Positions 16,241-25,503 are shown, numbered from the stretch's first letter. The stretch is DNA of 34,110 nt from Deltaproteobacteria bacterium (GCA_038150265.1 JAYOTF010000037.1:1-34110), one strand, 5' to 3'. Notes: generated from the letters alone by a model not told the origin. Numbers and translations: made by a program.

Positions 16241-19200
16241 TCAGGCCCGGATCACTTCAATCTGGCAGTCCTCTCCATTGAGGTCCCACTGCGTGCCTGA
16301 AACCGCGTCTTGAGCAGTCAGGGCATCGCAGAGGGTTTCGGTGCAAACGAACGCCTCATGCTGCCTGAGGGCCTGCTGAACGGCTTCTGACGCCTGGTAG
16401 CGAACAGTGATGCGGTCCATGACGTCGAGGTCCTGATCCTTGCGCATGTTCTGGACCTTGTTGACAAACTCGCGGACCAGTCCTTCCTGGAGCAGTTCCG
16501 GAGTCAGCTCGGTGTCCAGTGCCACCGTCAGCAACGAGTCGGTCTCCACGAGCAGCCCCTCTTTTTGCTGGCGCTGAATGAGGATGTCTTCCGGACCAAA
16601 CGCGGTTGGTGTGCCTTCGAGGTCAACCGTGACAGCGGCTCCGTTCAGCACCTGCTGGATCTCTTCGGCAGAGAGCGCCGAGAGGGCCTGGGCCGCCGCC
16701 TTCATCTGCTTGCCGAGGCGAGGGCCGAGGGTCTTGAAGTTGGCCTTGGCGCTGAGGTGAACCAGCCCCTGTTCGTCTGGGGTGACTTCCAGCTGCTTGA
16801 TGTTCAGCTCATCCGCAATCAGCTCCCCGAGGCGGCCGAGCACCTGCTGTGCCTCCGGATCGCGCGTGATGAGGGTCAGGCGGGGAAGGGGCTGGCGGAC
16901 CTTGAGCTGGTGCTTGGCCCGGAGCGCTCGGCCCATGGTGACGGCCGAGAGGACAATGTCCATCTGGGCTTCCAGCTGCTCGTCCCGCAGCGCCGGGTTG
17001 GTCTCGGGGAAGAGGGTCAGGTGGACGCTTTCGGGCTCTGATTCCTGCCGCAGCGCCTGGTAGATGCCTTCGGCAATGTAGGGGATGAACGGGGCAATGA
17101 CCTTGCTGAACTCCTTGAGGACCTGATAAAGGGTGGCGTACGCCTGACGCTTGTCCTCGCCCTGTCCGGCCTTCCAGAAGCGGCGGCGGCTCCGGCGGAT
17201 GTACCAGTTGGTCAGGAGGTCAATGAAGCCGACAAACGGGGCGACGGACCGGTTGAGGTCGTAGGCATCCATCTGCGTGGACACTTCGGCGATGAGGCGA
17301 TGCAGCCGCGAGACGATCCAGCGGTCCAGCGGGTTCTCGGTGGTGACCGCCAGGTTGGCCTCCGTCGGTTCCCAGCCGTCAATGCGGGCGTAGGTCGTCA
17401 GGAAGGCCAGGGCGTTCCAGAGGGGCAGCAGCAGCTGGCGGGTGGTCTCAATGAGCCCCTTTTCGCTGAAGCGCAGGTCCTCTCCCCGGACGGCCGGGCT
17501 GTTGAGCATGTAGAGCCGGATGGCGTCAGCGCCATACTGGTCCAGCATCTCCTTGGGATCCGGGTAGTTCTTGAGGCGCTTGCTCATCTTCTTGCCATCT
17601 TCCGCGAGGATCAGGCCGTTGACGATGCAGTTCTGAAAGGCCGGTGCATCAAAGAGCGCCGTTCCCAGCACGGCCAGGGTGTAGAACCACCCCCGGGTTT
17701 GGTCGAGCCCTTCACAGATGAAGTTTGCAGGAAAGCCGGCTTCAAAGGCCTCCTTGTTTTCAAAGGGGTAGTGCTGCTGCGCGTACGGCATGGAGCCGGA
17801 CTCGAACCAGCAGTCCAGCACTTCCGGAATGCGGTGGTAGGTCTTGCCGTCTTTTTCGATGACGAGGCTGTCGACGTGGTGCTTGTGGAGGTCGGGAATG
17901 GAGGTGCCGGTGGCGGCTTCCAGCTCCTGGACGCTTCCGAAGCAGAGGATGTCGCCGTCGTCGCTCTTCCAGATCGGGAGCGGTGTGCCCCAGAAACGGT
18001 TGCGGCTGATGGCCCAGTCCCGGGCGTTTTCCAGCCACTTGCCAAAGCGTCCGTCTCGGATGTGCCCAGGCACCCAGTGGACGGTCTGGTTGTGAGCCAC
18101 CATGCGGTCTCGGAAGGACTCAACCTTGACAAACCAGGTGGAAATGGCCTTGTAGATCAGGGGGGTATCGGTCCGCCAGCAGAAGGGGTAGCTGTGTTGC
18201 AGGACCTCTTGCCGGAAGAGCCGGTCACGCTCCTTGAGCTCACGCTGAATGGGGCGGTCGGCTTCCTTGATGTTCTGGCCGGCGAGGAAGCCCATGAAGT
18301 CGAGGAAGTTGCCGTTTTCATCCACGGGGTCAAACACCGGAATGCCATAGCGTTGGCAGACCCGGAGGTCGTCTTCTCCAAAAGCGGGGGCCTGGTGAAC
18401 GAGGCCGGTTCCGGACTCGTCGGTGACATAAGTGTCCGTGAGCACCCGGAGGGCCTGGCTGAGGTCCACACGCTCACCGGCAAACTCGAAGAGGGGCTCA
18501 TACTGCAGGCCTTCCAGTTCCTTTCCCTCCCAGGTCCGGAGCACCTCGGCGCCTTCGAAGTAGGCGTCCTTGCGGGCTTCTGCCAGCAGGTAGCGCTGCC
18601 CGTCTTCCGGGTTGCGGACCTCAACGTAGCGGAAGTCCGGGTGAGCACAGAGGGCCAGGTTCGAGGGCAGGGTCCAGGGGGTGGTGGTCCAGGCCAAAAG
18701 CCAGAGATCGGCCTCGCCCACCACCTTGAAGCGGATGGTGACGGAAGGATCCTGGACATCCTGGTAGTTGAGGTTGGCCTCAAAGTTGGAGAGGGGGGTG
18801 CCGATGCGCCACGAGTAAGGGACGACCTTGACGCCTTCGTAGATGAGGCCCTTGTCCCAGAGTTGCTTGAAGACCCACCAGACCGATTCCATGAAGTCTC
18901 GGTCCATGGTTTTGTAATCGTTGTCAAAATCGATCCATCGGGCCATGCGCTCCACCGTTTCGCGCCACTCGCTGGTGTAGCGCAAGACGATGGATCGGCA
19001 CTCTTCGTTGAAGCGGGCCACTCCGAATTTTTCAATCTCCGGACGCCCGGCGAGTTCCAGCTTTTGCTCAATCTCGTACTCAACCGGGAGGCCGTGGGTG
19101 TCCCAGCCAAAGCGTCGTTCCACCCGGAAGTTCCGCATCGTCTTGTAGCGCGGAATGACGTCCTTGATGGTGCCTGCGAGGAGGTGCCCGTAGTGGGGCA

Positions 19201-19354
19201 ATCCGGTCGCAAAGGGCGGGCCGTCATAAAAGATGAACGGGTTCTCCGGGGAGCGCTCATCAATGGACTTCTGGAAGATGTTTTCGTTGCGCCAGAAGGT
19301 CAGAAGGTCCCGCTCCAGGTCGGGAAAGTTGATTTTATTGGAAACGCTTTGCAT
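16241..19354 (-). CDS. ileS: Isoleucine--tRNA ligase, type 2 (archaeal/eukaryote-like)
   Basis: YDGPPFATGLPHYGH, WTTTPWTLPSN, DWAISRNRFWGTP, EGLDQTRGWFY, KMSKR, NWYIRRSRRRFW. No C-terminal Zn finger. Confidence 0.97.
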   Translation of the reverse strand: MQSVSNKINFPDLERDLLTFWRNENIFQKSIDERSPENPFIFYDGPPFATGLPHYGHLLAGTIKDVIPRYKTMRNFRVERRFGWDTHGLPVEYEIEQKLELAGRPEIEKFGVARFNEECRSIVLRYTSEWRETVERMARWIDFDNDYKTMDRDFMESVWWVFKQLWDKGLIYEGVKVVPYSWRIGTPLSNFEANLNYQDVQDPSVTIRFKVVGEADLWLLAWTTTPWTLPSNLALCAHPDFRYVEVRNPEDGQRYLLAEARKDAYFEGAEVLRTWEGKELEGLQYEPLFEFAGERVDLSQALRVLTDTYVTDESGTGLVHQAPAFGEDDLRVCQRYGIPVFDPVDENGNFLDFMGFLAGQNIKEADRPIQRELKERDRLFRQEVLQHSYPFCWRTDTPLIYKAISTWFVKVESFRDRMVAHNQTVHWVPGHIRDGRFGKWLENARDWAISRNRFWGTPLPIWKSDDGDILCFGSVQELEAATGTSIPDLHKHHVDSLVIEKDGKTYHRIPEVLDCWFESGSMPYAQQHYPFENKEAFEAGFPANFICEGLDQTRGWFYTLAVLGTALFDAPAFQNCIVNGLILAEDGKKMSKRLKNYPDPKEMLDQYGADAIRLYMLNSPAVRGEDLRFSEKGLIETTRQLLLPLWNALAFLTTYARIDGWEPTEANLAVTTENPLDRWIVSRLHRLIAEVSTQMDAYDLNRSVAPFVGFIDLLTNWYIRRSRRRFWKAGQGEDKRQAYATLYQVLKEFSKVIAPFIPYIAEGIYQALRQESEPESVHLTLFPETNPALRDEQLEAQMDIVLSAVTMGRALRAKHQLKVRQPLPRLTLITRDPEAQQVLGRLGELIADELNIKQLEVTPDEQGLVHLSAKANFKTLGPRLGKQMKAAAQALSALSAEEIQQVLNGAAVTVDLEGTPTAFGPEDILIQRQQKEGLLVETDSLLTVALDTELTPELLQEGLVREFVNKVQNMRKDQDLDVMDRITVRYQASEAVQQALRQHEAFVCTETLCDALTAQDAVSGTQWDLNGEDCQIEVIRA

Positions 19355-19456
19355 GGTTGGCAGTATCGGGAGGTCAGCAAGAACTCAAACGATCCAACTT
19401 ATCAAGCTTCCGGAAGGGGAACAAGCCGCAAGTGCGTTCAGGGAGCGGCGGAGGGG

Positions 19457-19951
19457 CTACAGGCTGTGGAGTTCCTGCTGGCGGCGTTGGACGAGCTGGG
19501 CGACCTTATCGAGGAGGGTATCGACCTCAATGGGCTTGCGGAGGAACTCAATGCGCTCACGCCCGAGCTGCTTGCGGACGACCTCCAGAGGAAGGTCGGA
19601 GTAGGCGGTGATGAAGACGATTTCGATTTCGGGATCCAGCGCCAGGATTTGGTTGGCGGTCTCCAGGCCGTCAATGCCAGGCGGCATGCGCATGTCAATG
19701 ATGGCCAGGCTGAACCGGGTCCCGGACTGAAGGTTCTGGCGGACGATTTCCACCGCGTCGAGCCCCTGACTGGCAGTGGTGACGTTGAGGAGCAGGTCCG
19801 GAGTCTGGTCGGAAGGGGGCTCACTGAACAGGCTTTCCGCCAGGCTGGCGACTGCCTGGTGGGTGGCATTGATTTCGTGGCTCAGCACTGAGCGGTAGGA
19901 TTCGAGGATGGCCCGATCGTCGTCAACAATCAGTGCATTTTCCGTCTGCAT
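19457..19951 (-). CDS. Single-domain response regulator (REC)
   Basis: LIVDDD, IIDMRMPPGIDG (phospho-Asp), ITAYSD, FLRKP. Start chosen at ATG 19951. Confidence 0.88.
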   Translation of the reverse strand: MQTENALIVDDDRAILESYRSVLSHEINATHQAVASLAESLFSEPPSDQTPDLLLNVTTASQGLDAVEIVRQNLQSGTRFSLAIIDMRMPPGIDGLETANQILALDPEIEIVFITAYSDLPLEVVRKQLGRERIEFLRKPIEVDTLLDKVAQLVQRRQQELHSL

Positions 19952-20059
19952 GCGTCCAGGATTAGTGGGAAGGAAACTCGACTCATCTTGAGTCCATCTC
20001 TGCATTAAAGCGAGAACTTCCAAGGGGCGCAAGCCAATCCGTGCGGCCCCGTTGGATTC

Positions 20060-20749
20060 CTAGAGCCACCAGTTCAGGTTTTCCAGCATCACCAACACTC
20101 CGAGCAGAATGGTGCCCCCTCCGACCAGTCCCTGCAACCCTTGCTGCAGGCGGCCAAGCCGGTTTTCCGTCAAAAGAAAAGGCACGGTCAGCGCGGCTGA
20201 AAGGGTCCCCATTCCGAGCATGGAGCCCACGCCAAAGAACAGCACATACAGGAGCCCCTCGCCAAAGGAGCTGACGGTGCTGAGGGTGAGGAGGATCAAG
20301 GCTGCCGACCCGGCCATGCCATGCACCATGCCCACGGCCAGGGTTCGCCAGAGGGGGAGGTGCTGATGCTCGTGAGAGGTGCTGTGGGCATGTGAGTGAA
20401 AGTGAGCGTGCTCCACGCCATCGTGAGCATGGACGTGGACGTGGATGCGCTGCTGAATCATCCGACGCAGGGTGTCGGCGCCCAGGACCACAAGCATGAC
20501 CCCCACGACAAACTCCAGGCCATGGGCGAGCAGCTCCGGAACCACGGTGTCAATCAGGAGCACAACCAGACTGAACACGAAGAGGGTCAGGGTGTGTCCC
20601 AACCCCCACGTCAAGCCATGCCGGAGCGAGGCCCGGACGCTCTTGAGGGAAGACGTCAGGTTGACGACTGCTGCAACGTGGTCAATTTCCAGGGCATGCC
20701 GGAGTCCCAACAGGAACCCGATGCCGAGGAGGGAGAGGGAGGTCGTCAT
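20060..20749 (-). CDS. Nickel/cobalt transporter, UreH/NiCoT-related
   Basis: GLRHALEIDHVAAV, WGLGHT, His-rich loop HVHVHAHDGVEHAHFHSHAH, GMVHGMAGS. Confidence 0.88.
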   Translation of the reverse strand: MTTSLSLLGIGFLLGLRHALEIDHVAAVVNLTSSLKSVRASLRHGLTWGLGHTLTLFVFSLVVLLIDTVVPELLAHGLEFVVGVMLVVLGADTLRRMIQQRIHVHVHAHDGVEHAHFHSHAHSTSHEHQHLPLWRTLAVGMVHGMAGSAALILLTLSTVSSFGEGLLYVLFFGVGSMLGMGTLSAALTVPFLLTENRLGRLQQGLQGLVGGGTILLGVLVMLENLNWWL

Positions 20750-20835
20750 GAGGAAGGCCTTTCTGGTTAAGGAGCCTGTGAACGGGAAGCGTGCCCTAGG
20801 ATCCTCTACCTCCTGAGGGAAGTCAAGCAGAGAGC

Positions 20836-21079
20836 CAGGGCAACCGCATGAAATAAATGGCTGGCAGAATTGGCTCAGAGGTTTGTGCGGAGTGCCGCTT
20901 GGTGGTCATCCCAGCGCAGGCTGGGATCCAGCCCTTGAGCAGATTGCCTTCGATTCATTGACGGGATTCTCGCCTTCGCGAGAATGACGGACCTTTCGAC
21001 CCATTCATGACTCCAGCAGGGAATCTATCCAGCGATTCACTACTGTTTTTTCAAGATGAGGAGGTTACTTCCCCTCAGG
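20836..21079. repeat. ~245 bp dispersed non-coding element, copy A, containing paired REP-like palindromes
   Basis: Aligns collinearly with the reverse complement of 33690-33950 (core 20896-20938 matches 42/43). REP-like hairpins GTCATCCCAGCGCAGGCTGGGATCCA (20905-20930) and the inverted GGGATTCTCGCCTTCGCGAGAATGAC (20963-20988). Confidence 0.88.
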
Positions 21080-21302
21080 TTACTTTCCTTCATGGGAAAG
21101 ATGCGGTGCTGCCCGTGTCCGGCGGGGAAGGGAGGCCGGAGGTACTCGGCACGGTTGTTTGGGCGCGCCAACTGAAGCATGGGGCGGCATCCCCAGAAAG
21201 TTGCCTGTTTCTGGGAAGCTGGAGTACGCTGGGGGCTCACCCCTCCTCCGGAGTCGAGACGTCGGAGGAGGCTGCTGTTACTGATTCGGAAAAAGAGCCA
21301 CC

Positions 21303-21806
21303 ATGAGCCTTGAGCACGACATTGAGCACCTTCTGCTGCAGGAGCAGCACTTGCGTTTTGCCACCCTCGACTTTGACGACTGCTGGGCGCTGGGAAGCCG
21401 GATCCGGGAGGTCGCTCAGGCCCGGGGCCTTCCCATTGCCATTGGGGTGGAACTGAATGGGCAGCAGATCTTCTTCTCGGCGCTGCCGGGCACCACCGCC
21501 GACAACTCGGAGTGGATGCGGCGCAAGCTCAACGTGGTGCGGCGTTTTCAGACCAGCACCTACCTCGTGCAGCGTCAGCTGGCCCTGAAGGACACCACCC
21601 TTCCGGAACGCTCTGCTGCTGCTCATGCCGACTATGCGGCAGCAGGTGGGGGATTTCCACTGAAGCTGGAAAACGGCCTCTGTGTGGGAGGCATCGTGGT
21701 GTCCGGACTGCCCCAGCGTCAGGATCACGCGCTCGTGGTGGAGGTGCTGGCAGAGTGGTTGGGGAAGGATCCCGCCACCCTCGCTTTGCCTCCGGAGCAG
21801 CCCTAA
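21303..21806 (+). CDS. UPF0303 / GlcG-HbpS-like heme-degrading domain protein
   Basis: LPGTTADNSEWMRRKLNVV, YAAAGGGFPL, IVVSGLPQRQDH. Confidence 0.88.
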   Translation: MSLEHDIEHLLLQEQHLRFATLDFDDCWALGSRIREVAQARGLPIAIGVELNGQQIFFSALPGTTADNSEWMRRKLNVVRRFQTSTYLVQRQLALKDTTLPERSAAAHADYAAAGGGFPLKLENGLCVGGIVVSGLPQRQDHALVVEVLAEWLGKDPATLALPPEQP

Positions 21807-21825
21807 CCCTCCGAACGGTTCTCCT

Positions 21826-24027
21826 TCATCCCAAGCACGTCTGCCAGTGCAGCTGCCGGGTCAGCGTGTAGGTCTGCCGGGCCTCCGGATCCAGGCAGGC
21901 CAGGTGGATCCAGCCGTTGGCCAGCAGCTTCTGCAGCAACGTGTGCTGCTCCACCACCCGGTCCACCACCCGCCGAGGCGCCTCGACCACGGTGAGCAGC
22001 CGCACCGGCTCATGGTAGGCGTGGACGTCATCCACAAAGACCGACTGCCGGGCGAGCCCCTGCAGGAGGTCGCTGGCATTGCCCTGCATCAGCCCCACCC
22101 GTCCTGTGACGTTATGCGTCACCTTGCTGCCACTTCCGTAAAGTCCATTGTGGAGGGTGGAAAACAGGTACTGGGCGTTGATCCACTGTGCCACCACCAT
22201 CGGAGCCGTCAAGATGCCCTCCAGCCAGGTCCCGGCCTCATCCTTCCGCCAGTCATAGGAATGCAGGAACACGCGTCCCTGAAGGTTCAGGGGCTGGCTC
22301 AAGGCACGGGGTGCCACCAGAAAGGCGGCATTGCGAGCCAATCCCCACTCCGGACAGACCTCTGACCAATCGGCGGCACGATGCTGAACCAGCTCGGAAG
22401 GACGGGTCCCCAGCTGAGCGGCGCGCCAGCGTCGATTGAGCGCTCCCGCCTGCTTCAGGTCGGCTTGCAGGTCCGCAACGGCTTCAGCCCAGGCCTCCGG
22501 AAGAGCGTGAGGAAGGAGGGTCACCACGTCGGTGGTCGTGTTGTGCTCGGCTCCCAGGAACCACGTGGTGTCTGGAATGACGAGGCCCCTTGCGGCCAGG
22601 GCCCCCCGGACGTCAGCCTGGTTCAGCAAGGCTGCCAGCACCTGCGCGTTCTCGCCTCCGGGACGTCCCCCGCAGGCTCCACAGTCCAGAGAAGACGCCT
22701 GCGCATTGTTGGTGGAGGTGCTGCGGTGTCCGCAGAACACGACCAGCGGCGCAAAGTGGTCCGTGAGCCCCATTGCGCGCAGCGCCTGCTCGGCATACTG
22801 ACTCCGGACCTCCAACGTCAGCCCAGACAGGTCGGGCTCCACAGGCAGCGGAGGCTGAATGGCCCCCGTCCAGCCTTGCTTCAGGGCCTGAGCCAGGGCA
22901 GGCGCCCAGGTCTTGACGGCCATCCATCCCCCCATCCACCCCCCCAGGGCTTCTGCCAGGGCAAAGGGCGTGGTGAAGGCCTGCTTGAGGGACTGGTAGA
23001 GGTGCTTCAGGGTTTCCAGTTGGGCGTACCCCCGCTGCCTGTCTTGCTGCTGCACCTCCGGACCCTGCGGAACCAGAGGAACCTCCTGCTGCGGCTGCAG
23101 CAGCACCGGACACGATGGGGTCCGGGTCCCGTCTTTTTGAAAGGCCACGGGCACCCCAAAGAAGCCGGCAACGCCCAGGGTCTGGTAAGCCCCGCAGCTC
23201 TCAAGCGCCCGGCGGAAGGGTTCGGAGCGGACATCGATGCAGAAGGCCAATTGAGCAGCCGGAGGAGCATCCGGAGCTGGGGATGCCGCCTGCAGTTCCT
23301 GCAGAAGAGCGGCTTGGTAGGCGGCCTCGTTTTGCTGAAGGCGGTCCAGGACGGGGCGTGGATCGACGACCTGCTGACGGTCCTCGTGCCACTGCAGCAG
23401 CCTCGCGGCTTCCGGCCAGAGCAGCACCGTCAGGCTGAGGCGAAACGCCAGGAAGTCCGTCAGGCTCGCTGGGCTGCCGAAGGAGGCGGAGTCCGGAGCC
23501 CACTCCACACGGTACTTCAGGTAAGCCGCCCACCCCGGAAGGGTCGTCAGCAGCAGGGTGAAGAACCGCTCCCACTCTGCTTCCGGAAGGTCGAGCTCCT
23601 GAAGCCCCTGACGCAACGCGGCTTCCGGAGTCTCAGGCCAGGCCTGCAGGCGCTCCTCCGAGACGCGTCGGCGCAACCGCGCATCCCACGGCGCCAGGGC
23701 CCGCCAGCTTGCATAAAGCCCCTTTTCTTTTTGGGGAAGCGGAAGCAGCGCCTGCCCTTCATCAAAAAAGACCTGCAGCCACTTGATGGATTCCCGGTTG
23801 ACCTGCTGCATCGGCTCCGGAAGTCCGGGACCCGAAAAGGCGGCTTCAGCCTGTGCCAGGGCCTCTTCAAAAGGCAGGGCTTCAAATCCCTGCAGCGGGT
23901 TGACCGCAATGAGGTTGGCCAGCGGCCAGCCGGGAGCGAGGCGTTTCCAGCTGCGGGAAAGGGCGGTTTCCAGAGGCGTGCCCCGGGCAGGCCCGACTGA
24001 GGGCATTTCGGCGGTAAACTGTTTCAT
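21826..24027 (-). CDS. dabA: Inorganic carbon pump subunit DabA (DUF2309/UPF0753, beta-carbonic-anhydrase-like)
   Basis: IAVNPLQG, FCIDVRSE, CGH, LDCGACGG (Zn ligands Cys/Asp/His/Cys), PEWGLARNA, FLHSYDW, GSGSKVTHNV. Confidence 0.93.
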   Translation of the reverse strand: MKQFTAEMPSVGPARGTPLETALSRSWKRLAPGWPLANLIAVNPLQGFEALPFEEALAQAEAAFSGPGLPEPMQQVNRESIKWLQVFFDEGQALLPLPQKEKGLYASWRALAPWDARLRRRVSEERLQAWPETPEAALRQGLQELDLPEAEWERFFTLLLTTLPGWAAYLKYRVEWAPDSASFGSPASLTDFLAFRLSLTVLLWPEAARLLQWHEDRQQVVDPRPVLDRLQQNEAAYQAALLQELQAASPAPDAPPAAQLAFCIDVRSEPFRRALESCGAYQTLGVAGFFGVPVAFQKDGTRTPSCPVLLQPQQEVPLVPQGPEVQQQDRQRGYAQLETLKHLYQSLKQAFTTPFALAEALGGWMGGWMAVKTWAPALAQALKQGWTGAIQPPLPVEPDLSGLTLEVRSQYAEQALRAMGLTDHFAPLVVFCGHRSTSTNNAQASSLDCGACGGRPGGENAQVLAALLNQADVRGALAARGLVIPDTTWFLGAEHNTTTDVVTLLPHALPEAWAEAVADLQADLKQAGALNRRWRAAQLGTRPSELVQHRAADWSEVCPEWGLARNAAFLVAPRALSQPLNLQGRVFLHSYDWRKDEAGTWLEGILTAPMVVAQWINAQYLFSTLHNGLYGSGSKVTHNVTGRVGLMQGNASDLLQGLARQSVFVDDVHAYHEPVRLLTVVEAPRRVVDRVVEQHTLLQKLLANGWIHLACLDPEARQTYTLTRQLHWQTCLG

Positions 24028-24046
24028 GACAGAAGGTTCGGGTGAG

Positions 24047-25390
24047 TTAGGTGAAAGAGGGCGTGGTGCGTTCCAGCGAGCGGTAAGCCGTCACCGTGGG
24101 AGGAGCGGGCTGGCTGGCGTTGAGGCCCCAGAGGTAGAGCCGTTGGTACCAGCGGGGCAGCTCCTTTGTGGAGGCCAGCAGGCGGGCTCCCCACCAGGAC
24201 CCCAGCAGGAGCACGAGCCCAACTCCATGAAGCGGGTGCAGGGGCTGGGGCTGCATGAGGTTGAGCGGGGCGAGGAGGCTCTCAATCGCGGCAACGCTGA
24301 CCCCATACACGGCGCCGAACCCTCCGGTCAGGAGCAAGGCTCCGAAGATCCGCGTTCCGTGCAGGTCGGTGAGCAGGGTGAGGGCCACCTGCAGTCCAGC
24401 CAGTCCAGCAATGACGAGGAGGAAGAAGGTGGTGTCAGCAGCCAGCGTCTTCCCGGTCATCTGTGCAAAGCTGAAGCTGGCGAGGCCTCCTCCCAAGCCG
24501 GCCCAGAGCCAGACCCAGCGGGAGCCGGCTGCGGGCGCGGGGGCCTTCTTTTCCTGGGCCGCACTTCCGGAAGAGAGGAAGAGGTAGGCCTTGAAGAGCC
24601 CATGCCAGAAGAGATGGGCGACCGCCGCCGGAATGAGTCCCAACGCCACCTGCATGATCATGAAGCCCATCTGCCCCATCGTGGAGCACGCGAGCATGCG
24701 CTTGACGTCACTCTGCAGCAGCTTCCAGAAGGTGCCGAGCCACGCCGTGAGGAGCCCCCCCACAAAGAGCGCGAGCAGCAATGCCGACGTCTCGAGGTAA
24801 AGCGGCGCAAAGCGGGCGAAGAGGAAGCCGCCCCCGTTGATGAGCCCCGCGTGCATGAGGGCCGAAACCGGGGTCGGCGAGTTGAGCGAGCTGAGGAGCC
24901 AGCGGTGAAAGGGCCAGAGCGCGGATTGGGTCCATGCGGCCAGGGCCAGCAGCGCCAACGCAAGGGTTGACCGGCTTCCTGCTCCGGGGGTGTTCAGGAT
25001 CGCCTGAATCGAGGTCTGACCCGTCACGTCCGCGAGCAACAGGAACCCGAGCCCCAGCGCCAGCGCACCAATCAGGAAGTTCTTCCCTGCCAGCACCCCG
25101 GAGGCACGCGCGGCGCGCCACTGCGGATGCGGCACCATCAGCTGCACCAGCAAGATGTTGCTCAGCACCCATGCCCCCCAAAACAGCAGGAGGTGATTGG
25201 CGGTGACCAACACCCCAAGGGTGCCCATCAGCATCAGCAGACGTCGGTAAAACGGCTTCTGGCTCCGGTCGCCCCGGAGGTACTTCCAGGCAAACCGCCC
25301 CACGATCAGGCCGATGAAGCCGACCAGTCCCCCCATGACGCCCCCGAGTCCATCCAGGTGGACCCAGCTTGCCAGTATGGCTAATTCCAT
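24047..25390 (-). CDS. dabB: DabB, NuoL/MrpA-like proton-translocating membrane subunit
   Basis: QSALWPFHRWL..LNSPTPVSALMHAG, DVKRMLACSTMGQMGF, HGLFKAYLFL. GAGGAG RBS before ATG 25390. Lies directly upstream of dabA. Confidence 0.9.
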   Translation of the reverse strand: MELAILASWVHLDGLGGVMGGLVGFIGLIVGRFAWKYLRGDRSQKPFYRRLLMLMGTLGVLVTANHLLLFWGAWVLSNILLVQLMVPHPQWRAARASGVLAGKNFLIGALALGLGFLLLADVTGQTSIQAILNTPGAGSRSTLALALLALAAWTQSALWPFHRWLLSSLNSPTPVSALMHAGLINGGGFLFARFAPLYLETSALLLALFVGGLLTAWLGTFWKLLQSDVKRMLACSTMGQMGFMIMQVALGLIPAAVAHLFWHGLFKAYLFLSSGSAAQEKKAPAPAAGSRWVWLWAGLGGGLASFSFAQMTGKTLAADTTFFLLVIAGLAGLQVALTLLTDLHGTRIFGALLLTGGFGAVYGVSVAAIESLLAPLNLMQPQPLHPLHGVGLVLLLGSWWGARLLASTKELPRWYQRLYLWGLNASQPAPPTVTAYRSLERTTPSFT

Positions 25391-25442
25391 TGACTCCTCT
25401 TTGCTTGCTGAATTAAAATTACTCACTTGATGGGGTTAGTTT

Positions 25443-25503
25443 ATAAGGATTTTTAATTTTAGGGAAATTCATAGTTTTCATCTTTTATATTAAAAAATCT
25501 TAT
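25443..25503. promoter_or_regulatory. LysR-type T-N11-A operator pair in the AT-rich dabB/lysR divergent region
   Basis: ATAAGGATTTTTAAT (25443-25457) and ATTAAAAAATCTTAT (25489-25503) are inverted copies (13/15). Each contains T-N11-A. Confidence 0.6.

Noticed and set aside
19355..19388. Leaderless promoter for ileS (GATACT 7 nt before the ATG)
   Set aside because: The -35 candidate TTGAGT is only 15 bp away, too weak to call without TSS data.
17300..19891. 863-aa plus-strand ORF
   Set aside because: Antisense shadow of ileS and the REC gene.
20750..21302. Cobalamin riboswitch for the NiCoT gene; short ORFs 21007-21306 and 21040-21240
   Set aside because: No B12-box motifs on the relevant strand. 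The ORFs overlap the repeat element and lack an RBS or protein-like features.
24047..25390. DabB as respiratory complex I nuoL
   Set aside because: No other nuo genes are present, and the pairing with DUF2309 defines a DAB operon.
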